Below are positions 31,377 to 41,150 of a stretch of DNA of 64,000 bases, in pieces. The DNA lies in assembly GCA_041752275.1 (NCBI GenBank), contig JBGSHK010000015.1, forward strand, positions 64,641 to 128,640, read 5' to 3'. The notes below the pieces were generated by a model. It did not search any database. It worked only from the letters and a program-made list of their open reading frames with translations, and was not told the origin of the DNA. Each line of letters begins with the position of its first letter. The stretch's first letter is position 1. The position numbers were made by a program, and so were the translations under genes. This DNA comes from Minisyncoccia bacterium (GTDB lineage: Bacteria; Patescibacteriota; Minisyncoccia; Phycocordibacterales; CAIZLB01).

Positions 31377-32153
31377 TTAATACAAAATAACAAGTATCAA
31401 AATAGCCAACACTATCCTATACCAACCAAAAAAACTCAAAGATATGCGTGTTAAATATTTTCTCAAAATAAACAAAGTTATAAATCCAGAAATAAAAGCT
31501 AAAACAAAACCAAGTATCAACTCATTATAATTATAAAGTGTCTGAAAAATATCCCTAGACTTATATGCATCATATAAAACAGCTGCACCTAAAGTCGGCA
31601 ATGCTAATATAAATGTATACTCAATAATGACTGACTTTTTAATACCCCTAAAAACACCAGCTATGATAGTAGCCCCTGAACGAGATACACCTGGAATAAT
31701 AGCTACTGCCTGTGCAAGACCTACAATAAAAGCATCTTTCATACTTAGTGTATCTTTTTGTTTCTGTATATTTACTTCTTTCTTTAAAAATACTTTTTCT
31801 ATATAGATAAATATAACGCCACCTAGTATAAGCATAGAAGCCATCAAAAGAATATTGCCTTCTAAAAGTTGTTTAAACATTTTATAAAAAATAAAACCAA
31901 CAACCGCTGAGGGAATAAAACTAACAACTATGTTTGTAAAAAGTTTTTTATCTGTAAATATTTTTTTAGCGAAAAGTGATGCTCCGGCAAGTAAAGCACC
32001 GAGCTGTATAAATAGTAAATAAAACTTTACATAAGAATCAGTCAAATCAATAGAGCTAAGTTTTGAAAAAATAATGAGATGGGCAGTGGACGATATGGGT
32101 AGAAACTCTGTGAGTCCTTCTAGTATAGATATGAGTAGTAGATTTGTATTCAT
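31377..32153 (-). CDS. uppP: undecaprenyl-diphosphate phosphatase
   Basis: EGLTEFLPISSTAH, IPGVSRSGATI; start moved to MNTNLL. Confidence 0.95.
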   Translation of the reverse strand: MNTNLLLISILEGLTEFLPISSTAHLIIFSKLSSIDLTDSYVKFYLLFIQLGALLAGASLFAKKIFTDKKLFTNIVVSFIPSAVVGFIFYKMFKQLLEGNILLMASMLILGGVIFIYIEKVFLKKEVNIQKQKDTLSMKDAFIVGLAQAVAIIPGVSRSGATIIAGVFRGIKKSVIIEYTFILALPTLGAAVLYDAYKSRDIFQTLYNYNELILGFVLAFISGFITLFILRKYLTRISLSFFGWYRIVLAILILVILY

Positions 32154-32223
32154 AAAATATATGATATCACAAAAACAAAAAACACCACTTTCATGATGTC
32201 TTTTATTTTCCAACTCTCTTAAC

Positions 32224-32649
32224 TTAGTCTATAACCTCAACCCCAAGTGATGCACATGTTCCTTCGATCATCTTTATAGCTCCGGCAAGGTCGAATGCAT
32301 TCATATCAACCATCTTTCTTTCTGCAATCTCTTTAACTTGAGCTTTTGTGATCTTACCTGCCTTCTTTGAGTTTGGTGTACCTGAACCTTTTTCTAGACC
32401 GATAGCCTTTTTAACCATCTCAGCTGCTGGAGGTGTTTTCATGATAAAGTCAAAACTTCTATCATCATATACACTTATAACAACAGGAATAGTGTTTCCT
32501 GCCATAGCTTGTGTTGCATCGTTAAATCTCTTTACGAAATCTCCGATGTTAACACCAGCAGGTCCAAGAGCTGTACCAATAGGTGGTGCAGGTGTTGCTT
32601 TTGCTGCTGCAATCTGTAGTTTTATTATTTTTGTTACTTTTTTTGCCAT
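32224..32649 (-). CDS. rplK: 50S ribosomal protein L11
   Basis: [18 protein letters not shown]. Confidence 0.97.
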   Translation of the reverse strand: MAKKVTKIIKLQIAAAKATPAPPIGTALGPAGVNIGDFVKRFNDATQAMAGNTIPVVISVYDDRSFDFIMKTPPAAEMVKKAIGLEKGSGTPNSKKAGKITKAQVKEIAERKMVDMNAFDLAGAIKMIEGTCASLGVEVID

Positions 32650-32696
32650 ATTTTTTAGTTTATTTTTGCGAATCTATTTGTACGATTGATAATAGC

Positions 32697-33239
32697 TTAT
32701 TTTTTCTTTACTTGCAAGAAGTCTAGTTCTACCGGTATTTCTCTGTCAAACATAGAAACAAGTACTATAAGCTTACCTTTTTCTTGATCTATCTTAGATA
32801 CCTTGCCATCTGAGTCTTTAAAAGGACCATCAACTATAGAAACATATTCATCCAAACGAACATCTAGATTGTGTATAAGGTTATCTCCTTTCATGTTTGT
32901 AAATATAGCCGCCAACTCAGTATCTGTTACAGGAACCGGGATGTTGCCTGAACCAACAAAACCTGTAACACGTGGTGTGTTACGAACGTTAAACCATGTT
33001 TCGTCATTAACAATCATTTCAACCAAAACATAACCGGGATAAATCTTTTCATCTTCCTCTATTCTTTTACCTGACTTGATTTTTATAACTTTTTTTGTTG
33101 GTATAAGTACATTAAATATTTTATCTTCAAGCCCTAAAGACTCTATACGCTGCTTAAGATTTCTTACAACAGCATTTTCATAACCAGAATATGTTTGTAT
33201 TGCATACCAATTTCTTTCTTTTTCTATTTGTTTTGCCAT
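32697..33239 (-). CDS. nusG: transcription termination/antitermination factor NusG
   Basis: YSGYE, YPGYVLVEM, TPRVTGFVG, KOW motif. Confidence 0.97.
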   Translation of the reverse strand: MAKQIEKERNWYAIQTYSGYENAVVRNLKQRIESLGLEDKIFNVLIPTKKVIKIKSGKRIEEDEKIYPGYVLVEMIVNDETWFNVRNTPRVTGFVGSGNIPVPVTDTELAAIFTNMKGDNLIHNLDVRLDEYVSIVDGPFKDSDGKVSKIDQEKGKLIVLVSMFDREIPVELDFLQVKKK

Positions 33240-33264
33240 ATATTTTAATTAAATTTTAAAATTA

Positions 33265-33441
33265 TTAAAGAATTATTGATAATAATCTGGCAAAAAATGC
33301 ATCTAATGCTCCTAAATATATAGCTAGTAAAAAAGAAAGTGTAGTTACTACAACTGTGTAGCCTATAACTTGTTTTTTTGTTGGCCATTTTATTTTTTTT
33401 GTTTCAAAACTTACTTCTTTTATATAAGATATGATGGACAT
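33265..33441 (-). CDS. secE: preprotein translocase subunit SecE
   Basis: 58-aa ORF missed by track: MSIISYIKEVSFETKKIKWPTKKQ plus TM; directly upstream of nusG. Confidence 0.92.
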   Translation of the reverse strand: MSIISYIKEVSFETKKIKWPTKKQVIGYTVVVTTLSFLLAIYLGALDAFFARLLSIIL

Positions 33442-33535
33442 GTTTTTATTATATTATTTATTTATTATTTATCAAACTATTTTTCAATTTTAAAACGCTC
33501 TTTGGGAGCGCTTTAAAGATAAATATTATATTAGA

Positions 33536-34432
33536 CTATTTGATTGAATATGTCAATGTAACATTTGACACAATCTTCTCCTGACCTGGAGTTAACTCAG
33601 GTGCCCGAGGTGCAGACTCTGCTTTAACACTTCTTGTATTCATAGTGTCATAACCGGCACCGCTATACATAGGATATATAGATGAAGCATTATCTGAGAA
33701 ACTAGCTAACTCATCTAAACCAACACCTAAATCTTTAGCTAACTTCTTTGCATCCTCTTTAGCATTTTTTATAGCTTGCTCTCTTATGTTTTTTTGAACA
33801 GACTCTATATCATATACTGTAAAATTAAATCCATCGGCTTTTATATTTTGTGCAGATAATTCACTTATAATCTTTGTTCTTTGATCATTATTTGCATTTT
33901 TTTCTATATCACGAACTTTTACTGACATTGTTTGAGTTAATATTTGCCCTACTATTTTAGAGTTAGAAACTTCACATGGTGCTATTGTTTTTTGAATACC
34001 ACCCTCCATCATTGCGGGATACGCACAAGGTTGTGATACGTTTTCATATTTATCACTTACATAATAACTTTCTAGTTTTATATTTTCTTTCTCTATGCCG
34101 TTAGCAACAAGTGTTGCTATAGCTTTTTCTGCTTTAGCCTTAGCAAGAGATGTTACAGTAGATATATCTTTACCTTCCTCCATAATAGTTATGTTAAAAG
34201 TTAAAGTATCCGGTATAACATACTCCTCTGCTTTTCCGTTTACGCTTATATAGTTTATGTTGTTAGTATTTTCAAAAGAAACAGCTTGTTTATATGTTAA
34301 TACTGTTTTTGCTATAAGAAACAATGCAATAAAGACCAAGATCAATGTTGCAAGATTTTTTCTTAAATTATTTGATTGTACAAATTCTATTATGTTATTT
34401 TGATCTATTATATTATTTTGTGTATTCTTCAT
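33536..34432 (-). CDS. SIMPL/DUF541 domain protein
   Basis: ISVNGKAE..V.PD, REQAIKNAKEDA..LA, PGQEKIVSNVTLTY. Confidence 0.88.
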   Translation of the reverse strand: MKNTQNNIIDQNNIIEFVQSNNLRKNLATLILVFIALFLIAKTVLTYKQAVSFENTNNINYISVNGKAEEYVIPDTLTFNITIMEEGKDISTVTSLAKAKAEKAIATLVANGIEKENIKLESYYVSDKYENVSQPCAYPAMMEGGIQKTIAPCEVSNSKIVGQILTQTMSVKVRDIEKNANNDQRTKIISELSAQNIKADGFNFTVYDIESVQKNIREQAIKNAKEDAKKLAKDLGVGLDELASFSDNASSIYPMYSGAGYDTMNTRSVKAESAPRAPELTPGQEKIVSNVTLTYSIK

Positions 34433-34496
34433 GATTTTATTATATCACCGATTCTAGTAAGTTTTCAATCAAACCAAACACGGCGGATTTTATTAA

Positions 34497-35063
34497 TTAT
34501 TTAAAAAATTTAAAATCGACGTATTTAGTTATTCTATAATATATTTTAACTGATAAAAAAGCAGAAAAGGCACCTAACAATATGCCGAAAAATATATCTT
34601 TATATGTATGGACTTGTAACACCAATCTTGTAAAACTAACCAGTAATGCTATAGATACAAACAATGTAGAATGTAGATAATTTAAAAACCAGTGATTGTG
34701 ATCTTTAAAATATTTGAATAATATAAAGATAACCGAAAAACAAAACGCAAAAATCATAGCAGTATGTCCTGAAGGAAAACTATATCCCGTTTCCCAAACA
34801 AGCATGTTTTCTGGTCTAAGTATCCTAAATATTGATTTTGAGACTGCGGATAAAATACCTCCCAGAAGTACAGCTGATGACATTATCACAACCCCTTTAA
34901 TATTGTTTGGGCAGTTAACGCTTAATATTTCTCTGTACTTAATGCCTTTTATATTTAAATATAGAAATGAAACTGCAAGCATGAATACACAAAACATCAC
35001 TAAAACTTCAGGAGAAAATGTGTTCGTAATATATATTGATAATTTTATGAGATAGTCTGGCAT
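34497..35063 (-). CDS. PAP2 family phosphatase
   Basis: K...R..RP, SFPSGH, TRLVLQVH...D. Confidence 0.9.
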   Translation of the reverse strand: MPDYLIKLSIYITNTFSPEVLVMFCVFMLAVSFLYLNIKGIKYREILSVNCPNNIKGVVIMSSAVLLGGILSAVSKSIFRILRPENMLVWETGYSFPSGHTAMIFAFCFSVIFILFKYFKDHNHWFLNYLHSTLFVSIALLVSFTRLVLQVHTYKDIFFGILLGAFSAFLSVKIYYRITKYVDFKFFK

Positions 35064-35067
35064 GATT

Positions 35068-35649
35068 TTATTCAGTCATTTCTTTTTCGTTTTTAATAAT
35101 ATTTCCACTATGGCTTATAACTCCTTGCTTGATCAAAAAATCTGAAAGTTTGTTTGCCAAGTTTTTATCTATAAGAGGAATAAGATTTGTTTTTTCATCT
35201 TCAAAATTATCAAGTCTTGATGTTGTTATATCAAGTTTAGATAAACCAAATAATCTATAGTGATAAGGTCTATCTATATCTACGTTTTGTATATGTCTAT
35301 ATGGTATAACTTTTTCTTTTACCATAAATATTCCTCTTCTTATATGAAAAGAATGTTCCCCTAATAAAAACTTATGTTGTATATGCATTTCAAAAGCTGA
35401 GACAAAAATAAGAATAATAATACTCAAAAGAAGTGAAATAAACCAAAGGTTTAACATACCTACAGTAACAATGGTATTGAAACCGGACCACCATGTGTAG
35501 AAACTATCTGTGTTTATAAGATATATAATAGAAGAAAACAAAATAATCCATAAAAAGGGTTTAAGTCCATTTTTTAACATTAAAAAAAAGAAAACCTGTT
35601 TACCAAAAGTATACTTTTTATTTAAAACTAATTCTTCTTGTTTTTTCAT
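35068..35649 (-). CDS. membrane protein with bacterial PH (YdbS-like) domain
   Basis: Two TMs then RRGIF...IPYRHIQNVDI; start moved to ATG 35649. Confidence 0.8.
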   Translation of the reverse strand: MKKQEELVLNKKYTFGKQVFFFLMLKNGLKPFLWIILFSSIIYLINTDSFYTWWSGFNTIVTVGMLNLWFISLLLSIIILIFVSAFEMHIQHKFLLGEHSFHIRRGIFMVKEKVIPYRHIQNVDIDRPYHYRLFGLSKLDITTSRLDNFEDEKTNLIPLIDKNLANKLSDFLIKQGVISHSGNIIKNEKEMTE

Positions 35650-35650
35650 T

Positions 35651-35733
35651 TGCGCTGGGGGAGATTTGAACTCCCACACCCTTGCGGGCGCTACCACTAA
35701 AAGGTAGTAAGTCTACCTTTTCATTACCTGCGC
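35651..35733 (-). tRNA. degenerate Leu-type tRNA with UUA anticodon (suppressor-like or pseudo)
   Basis: Long variable arm, CTACC-TTTTAGT-GGTAG anticodon arm, GGGAG-TTCAAAT-CTCCC T-arm, A73; mismatches in acceptor and D stems. Confidence 0.7.
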
Positions 35734-35800
35734 ATAGTATAAGGTTACTATAGTTGTATTTGTATATCAAATAGGAATATGATATATTATTTTTACATAA

Positions 35801-35873
35801 GCGCGATTAGCTCAGTTGGTAGAGCAACTCATTTACACTGAGAAGGTCGGGGGTTCAAGTCCCTCATCGCGCA
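35801..35873 (+). tRNA. tRNA-Val(UAC)
   Basis: Cloverleaf; anticodon loop TT-TAC-AC; GGTTCAAGTCC. Confidence 0.95.
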
Positions 35874-35879
35874 CAAACA

Positions 35880-35904
35880 GAAAAAAGCCCACTAGGGCTT
35901 TTTT
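35880..35904 (+). terminator. terminator after tRNA-Val
   Basis: aaaaaagccc/gggctttttt. Confidence 0.75.
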
Positions 35905-35912
35905 ATTTTGAA

Positions 35913-36030
35913 GCGATAAAAAGCGCCCGACGGCGCTTTTGTGTGGGACTTGAAAAGCTTTCCCTTATTTTTGAGAATCTTGATTCGAAAAAATGGGAAA
36001 GGTATACTGACCGTGTAACGGTCAAGTCCC
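35913..36030 (+). repeat. tRNA-matched structured module E1 (Val)
   Basis: GCGAT-[hairpin]-GGGACTTGAA antisense to tRNA-Val 3' end; conserved core; TCAAGTCCC. Confidence 0.8.
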
Positions 36031-36099
36031 CAATAAAGTACAAAAAAACAGAGCTCCTGAGAGCTCCATTTTTCTAAGTTAAAATATTTTCTCTAATAT

Positions 36100-36780
36100 C
36101 TATTGCAAACGTACACATTTTGCACGAGCAGCATAATCTATAGCATCTTTACCTGTGGCTTGTATTACATAATCTAAATCTGTGCCAGCATTTTTTAAAA
36201 AAGTATATACATTTGCAGGATCATCATAGGCAACTGTACTGGACCAATATGTAGCTGTACCATCAGTAAAATTAAAACCTAAAGTATTTCCAGGGTTACC
36301 TGAAATATATCCACTTAACAATTCTGATATAGTTGGAAGTCTCCAATCTGTATCACCACCTTCAGATAGACCATTACAAAAAGTTGTAGCTTCAAACCAA
36401 TCAACTACTTCATCTACATGTTGCCCTGACGCCCATTCCAAACTTGTTGTTGTTGATAAAGTTCCATTAACTCCAAATATACTTGTTCCTGTAGCAATGT
36501 TTGTCGATATAATATCAGGATTTTCAGCACTTAATAAATTGTATATTTCAGTGAGTGTTCTAAATGAAGCTACGGCAGATCCTGGTGTTGTAAAAGGTGA
36601 AGAAGTTGCATTTGGTGTAGCTGAAAAATTTACTAACTTATTATAAATATCATTTAATGAATATTGAGTATCGTCACCAATGGTTCCTGATGGTGTAAGT
36701 GATCCAATAGCATTTGCAATTTGTGATCCAATAGATACTGTTAGTACTAGTATTAAGATTGTGATTAAAGTTTTTTTCAT
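36100..36780 (-). CDS. secreted DUF1566-like domain protein
   Basis: Signal peptide; W.EA..FC..L, DWRLPTISEL, YWSST, CVR. Confidence 0.85.
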   Translation of the reverse strand: MKKTLITILILVLTVSIGSQIANAIGSLTPSGTIGDDTQYSLNDIYNKLVNFSATPNATSSPFTTPGSAVASFRTLTEIYNLLSAENPDIISTNIATGTSIFGVNGTLSTTTSLEWASGQHVDEVVDWFEATTFCNGLSEGGDTDWRLPTISELLSGYISGNPGNTLGFNFTDGTATYWSSTVAYDDPANVYTFLKNAGTDLDYVIQATGKDAIDYAARAKCVRLQ

Positions 36781-36797
36781 TTTTTATTTTTTAAGTA

Positions 36798-37556
36798 TTA
36801 ATTTTTAAGTAATAATTTTTCAACAAAACCTTTGGTAATTGGTCCATACATACCAACGGAAGGTTTTATGTTATTTTCAATCTGAAATTTTATTAAAGCT
36901 TTTTTTGTTAAAGATCCAAATTTATTAGTTTCAAAACCAGGTGATCCTGGACCGGTTTTTGATAATATAAAACCTTGTGAATTTAGAAACTGTTGTAACC
37001 ATTTAACATCTTCACCTTTCATATTTAAACATAAAGTTCTTTTAATGTTTGGTATTTTTATTTTACTAGATTTTAAATGAATATCTAAAGTTGTTGAACT
37101 ACTTCTTAAAAGTACATCTGGTATAACTGTAGGAGTAGACCCTCCTGACCAACTTGATCCAGCGGGTAAAATAGGGGGTGCGGGAGGTGGTGGTGTAGTT
37201 GATGGCCAAGTTGTTGTTACATTTGTACCATTTTCAAATGATAACCATCCAGTGTTGTCATTGTAGGCATAACCTTTAAAAGAAAAACTTTGTATTGAAA
37301 CATTTGAAAAATCAAACCAGCCCACTGATTCACTCCAGGCATAACCCCCTAATACACCATTTGTATTTGTAACGCCATCTAAAACTAACCATCCGGTGTT
37401 GTCGTTGTAGGCATAACCTGTAACCGCAGTGTCTGCTACAGTGACATTTGAAAAATCAAACCATCCTACTGATTCACTCCATGCATAACCTGTAGTGTTA
37501 GCAGCGAAAACTGGAGCTGTTATTAACATAAATAAAATAAGAAAACACTTCTTCAT
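36798..37556 (-). CDS. secreted protein with GYAW repeats and C-terminal peptidoglycan-binding domain
   Basis: GYAWSESVGWFDFSNV x2, GYAYNDNTGWL x2; GEDVKWLQQFLN...GPIT. Confidence 0.82.
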   Translation of the reverse strand: MKKCFLILFMLITAPVFAANTTGYAWSESVGWFDFSNVTVADTAVTGYAYNDNTGWLVLDGVTNTNGVLGGYAWSESVGWFDFSNVSIQSFSFKGYAYNDNTGWLSFENGTNVTTTWPSTTPPPPAPPILPAGSSWSGGSTPTVIPDVLLRSSSTTLDIHLKSSKIKIPNIKRTLCLNMKGEDVKWLQQFLNSQGFILSKTGPGSPGFETNKFGSLTKKALIKFQIENNIKPSVGMYGPITKGFVEKLLLKN

Positions 37557-37632
37557 AATTTGATTATACATTATATAAAAAATAAAATATAGTTAAAAGA
37601 CTCAAGTAATGATCTAAAACATGAATTTATAC

Positions 37633-38628
37633 TTATTTTAATAGTATTTCGATCCACTCTCCTGAATATTTTTTTAAAAGGTCATATATTTTTACTTTAT
37701 CAGTCTCATTTAACACACTCACCTTAGAACCAACATTTGCAAAAGGAATAATCTTATAATCCACCTTATCTTTATAAACCTCAGCTGAAACCCCTATGCC
37801 ATGCGTCGTGTTAAAAGAAAAATATTGATCAAAAATAAAATTTCCTAAAGAATAAAATATATATTTATCTTTATAAACCTCAGCTGATTGTATAACATGT
37901 GGATGATGACCTATAACAACATCAACTCCTGCATCTATCCAGGCATGAGCTAACTTAACCTGTTTTTTGTTTGGTGTTAGAGCATACTCTGTTCCCCAGT
38001 GTGGGTATATAACAAGATAGTCTACATTGGGTCTCATTTCTTTTATTTTATCTGCTATAAGTTCATCATTTGCATATCCGAACTCATGCCAACCTATAAT
38101 ACCTACACATATACCATTTACACATGTAGATGTTGCCGTGTATGCTGGATTGTTTTTTGGACTTCCGAAATACATCACATCATTTTCTGATAAAATATTT
38201 CTTGTTTGATTTAAACCAGCCTGACCAAAGTTGTCCGTGTGATTATTTGCCAGAGAAACTATATCTATACCAACATTTTTAAGAGCAGGTGCAACTTTCT
38301 GATCAAAAGTAAACTGGAATCCTGATATAGCTTTTCCGGAAGGTAAAACTAGTTTAGATTTGAACGAAGTTATAGGACCTTCTAGGTTAGCGATAGTTAA
38401 ATCATGATTTTGTATAGTTGTAGTGGCTGTGCCAAAAATATTTTCATAACCAATACCATCACCTTTAACTCTTACACCTCTGTCAAACATCATGTCACCT
38501 AGAAACAATACAGAAACTGATTCTTCTTTTTGTATCAAGTTTACAGGAACACCTTTTTCTATATTTGCATCAGAAAAGCCTAAGAATGAAAAGATGGATA
38601 ATATACTTAAAAACATTTGATTCAACAT
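37633..38628 (-). CDS. CapA family metallophosphoesterase
   Basis: GDMMFDR, NLEGP, LANNH, HWG.E, GHHPH, YSLGNFIFDQ. Confidence 0.93.
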   Translation of the reverse strand: MLNQMFLSILSIFSFLGFSDANIEKGVPVNLIQKEESVSVLFLGDMMFDRGVRVKGDGIGYENIFGTATTTIQNHDLTIANLEGPITSFKSKLVLPSGKAISGFQFTFDQKVAPALKNVGIDIVSLANNHTDNFGQAGLNQTRNILSENDVMYFGSPKNNPAYTATSTCVNGICVGIIGWHEFGYANDELIADKIKEMRPNVDYLVIYPHWGTEYALTPNKKQVKLAHAWIDAGVDVVIGHHPHVIQSAEVYKDKYIFYSLGNFIFDQYFSFNTTHGIGVSAEVYKDKVDYKIIPFANVGSKVSVLNETDKVKIYDLLKKYSGEWIEILLK

Positions 38629-38651
38629 ATCTTAAGTATAGACTTATCGAG

Positions 38652-39383
38652 CTATTTAACAACCACAGCCTGATCTGTGACACCTGGAACTTTGTTTATG
38701 TTTTCCATAAGTTTTTGTGTTGTCCAATACTCTGCATATTTACCTTTTTGAGAATCATTAAGATAAAATCCTTGTGGATTTTCTATACCGCCCTTAAAAC
38801 CAATAATCAAACGAACATGCTCACCTCTAAAAGCTTTAACATCTACACCCTCTTTTGTTTTCCATGTGTATGGAATTTCTGTATAAGAACTGTATCCCCA
38901 AACAATAACAGGGTTTCCGTTGTCTATTGATTTTGCCAAGAAACTAGGTGTTATGGCTGTACTTGTAGCATACTCGACATCTCGTCCATAACTTTTTATA
39001 GCATTTACAACAGGCATTCCATACACTCCATAACCGCCATTGGGTTTTCCTGCAACATCTACATAACCAACAAATTGTTTTTGAGGATCATCCCATATAT
39101 TGTTGATCCAATCTTTATATGTCGGATTATAGCCAAATCTGCCAAGTAATTGAACATCATTTGTTAAATTAATACCCTTAAAGGCTAAAGCCATACGAAG
39201 TGTAGAGGCTTCACAGCTATTAACATATTGTTGTTTATAGGCAGGAACTTTTAGTTTTATGTCTTTGTAAATTTTTGTATTCACAGTATCTGCAAAAACA
39301 CTTGTTATTCCAGTTATAGAAATAAGTAATAATAAGAATAGTAAGACTTTACTTTTATATAACATATTAGAATATTGTAACAT
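38652..39383 (-). CDS. C39-like peptidase domain protein
   Basis: Q...NSCEAS, GNPVIVW, EHVRLIIG, NDS. Confidence 0.85.
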   Translation of the reverse strand: MLQYSNMLYKSKVLLFLLLLISITGITSVFADTVNTKIYKDIKLKVPAYKQQYVNSCEASTLRMALAFKGINLTNDVQLLGRFGYNPTYKDWINNIWDDPQKQFVGYVDVAGKPNGGYGVYGMPVVNAIKSYGRDVEYATSTAITPSFLAKSIDNGNPVIVWGYSSYTEIPYTWKTKEGVDVKAFRGEHVRLIIGFKGGIENPQGFYLNDSQKGKYAEYWTTQKLMENINKVPGVTDQAVVVK

Positions 39384-39404
39384 TTTTATTTAAAAGTTAA
39401 AAAA

Positions 39405-39746
39405 TTATCTTATTCTTTCTTCAATTTTATCAACTCGCAAAACTAGATTTTGAAACTCATATGGGTTTATCATGTTTTTATCTATGATATCAAACTTTTT
39501 ATCGACTTTGTCAAAACGACTTTCTATTTGTTGAAATCTTTTATCTACTGTATCAAAACGCTTACTTACATCTTTTTCAAGAACATCGGTTCTTTTGGTA
39601 ATACGATTAAAACCATCAACCATATCAGATCTTAACTCATTTATCTGACTCTGCATATTTGTAAAACCATTATTAACCATAATAGCTAGTTCACATATGG
39701 TCATGTCTTCATCTATTCTTTTTTCTTTGTTAATTTTTTTATTCAT
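39405..39746 (-). CDS. small coiled-coil heptad-repeat protein
   Basis: RFDTVDK/RFQQIES/RFDKVDK/KFDIIDK. Confidence 0.75.
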   Translation of the reverse strand: MNKKINKEKRIDEDMTICELAIMVNNGFTNMQSQINELRSDMVDGFNRITKRTDVLEKDVSKRFDTVDKRFQQIESRFDKVDKKFDIIDKNMINPYEFQNLVLRVDKIEERIR

Positions 39747-40107
39747 TGTATGTAATTATATTCTCGAAAAATATAAAATCAAATTTCTTTAGAACTGTGA
39801 TATAGGTTTAAACTAAGTCAATGAAATTCGGAATTATGATTATAATTTACAATAAAAAATATGTTTTAAGAGGATAAAATTTGTAACTTAAAAACAGAGC
39901 TTTTCTTTATCTCACTCAAGTTTTAGTTCAGAAAATATGAATGAAGTAGAAAAAGGCTTGACGGAAGACCTTTAAGTCTGAGTCAGAAGAAAATCCCCAG
40001 CTCCTAGAGATGGGGATTATTCTGACCTTTTTCGTATGAATGAATATTTTTGTGCGACTTATATTCCTTATGAGCGTTAGCGAATTAGGAATATAGAAGT
40101 GCCCTTG

Positions 40108-40182
40108 TGGTGCTCTCGGTTGGAATCGAACCAACATTAACGGCTTAGAAGTCCGCAGTTCTATCCATTGAACTACAAGAGC
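40108..40182 (-). tRNA. tRNA-Arg(UCU)
   Basis: GCTCTTG...CT-TCT-AA...GGTTCGATTCC...CGAGAGCACCA; CCA encoded. Confidence 0.93.
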
Positions 40183-40200
40183 AATGGTTAATTTATAACA

Positions 40201-40584
40201 TTACTCGGTCGAAGTTGCAACTGTGGTAGATGCAGTAGTTGTAGCTATTAAAGGCGTCGGTGTTGTCGATTTTATCAGTCTATTATACTCCACCTCCCTA
40301 GTCTCAAAAATTGATATTTTTTTATTTAAATTATTTATATTATTTAAAAAACTCTTATTATTAATTGTATTTCCTAATTCATTTGTAGAGACAGAATTTT
40401 CAACTGAGTCTCTTATTTCTTTTTCTATTGTTGATATTTCTCTCTTAATATATAAAAAACTATAAAAACCATAGGCAAAAACAAAAATCATAAACAAAAA
40501 AAATGTAAACAAAAAGTAATTCCAATCCCTCAATGAATTTATTGTTGTTTTATTTTTAAATTTTGTTTTTAATTTTAATTTCAT
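40201..40584 (-). CDS. single-TM hypothetical protein in pil cluster
   Basis: One TM; overlaps upstream gene. Confidence 0.7.
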   Translation of the reverse strand: MKLKLKTKFKNKTTINSLRDWNYFLFTFFLFMIFVFAYGFYSFLYIKREISTIEKEIRDSVENSVSTNELGNTINNKSFLNNINNLNKKISIFETREVEYNRLIKSTTPTPLIATTTASTTVATSTE

Positions 40585-41150
40585 CTTTTTTGATATATTA
40601 TCAATGTTATATTAGCATTATTTGCTATATTTGAGTCTGAATATTTAATATCTATTTTTTCTATATACGAGATTAAAGGTAAATTATTTAATATATTTAT
40701 AAAGTTATTTATATCTTTTTCTGATCCTGAAATATTTATATTTATAACTAAATCTATAGCATTGTATTTTAACAGCTCTGTATTTTCTCTAGAAATAACA
40801 GAAACGATAGCTGATTCACCTGTTTTTGATAAACCTGTTTTTTCTGCATATTCTTCAAGTTTATTTATAAGTCCTAAAACCTCTTTTCTGTCACTAGATA
40901 AAATATATTTATTTATAACAGATAATTCTGTTGAATCTTTTGATATAATTTTATCATATTTTTGATAAATTTTTTCTTCATTTTCAAGCTGAGATAATTT
41001 TTTGTAGTCCTCTATGACACTATTTTTATACTTTCTTATTTTATCATTTAAATAATATATTAAAAATATGAAGAATATAAGAATTAATATCAAAAATATT
41101 AAATTTACCATCTTATTATTTATATTTAATTTTAGATTTATCTTATTCAT
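40581..41150 (-). CDS. PilO-like protein
   Basis: TM, coiled coil, FINILNNLP; third gene in pilM cluster. Confidence 0.6.
   Translation of the reverse strand: MNKINLKLNINNKMVNLIFLILILIFFIFLIYYLNDKIRKYKNSVIEDYKKLSQLENEEKIYQKYDKIISKDSTELSVINKYILSSDRKEVLGLINKLEEYAEKTGLSKTGESAIVSVISRENTELLKYNAIDLVININISGSEKDINNFINILNNLPLISYIEKIDIKYSDSNIANNANITLIIYQKR

Noticed and set aside
35945-36030. Hammerhead ribozyme in the module core (GAAA ... CTGA)
   Set aside because: No CUGANGA core in any copy and the helix order does not fit.
37190-37500. DGR template/variable repeat pair in the GYAW-repeat gene next to the DUF1566 gene
   Set aside because: The repeats are in-frame protein repeats with mainly synonymous differences, and there is no reverse transcriptase in the window.
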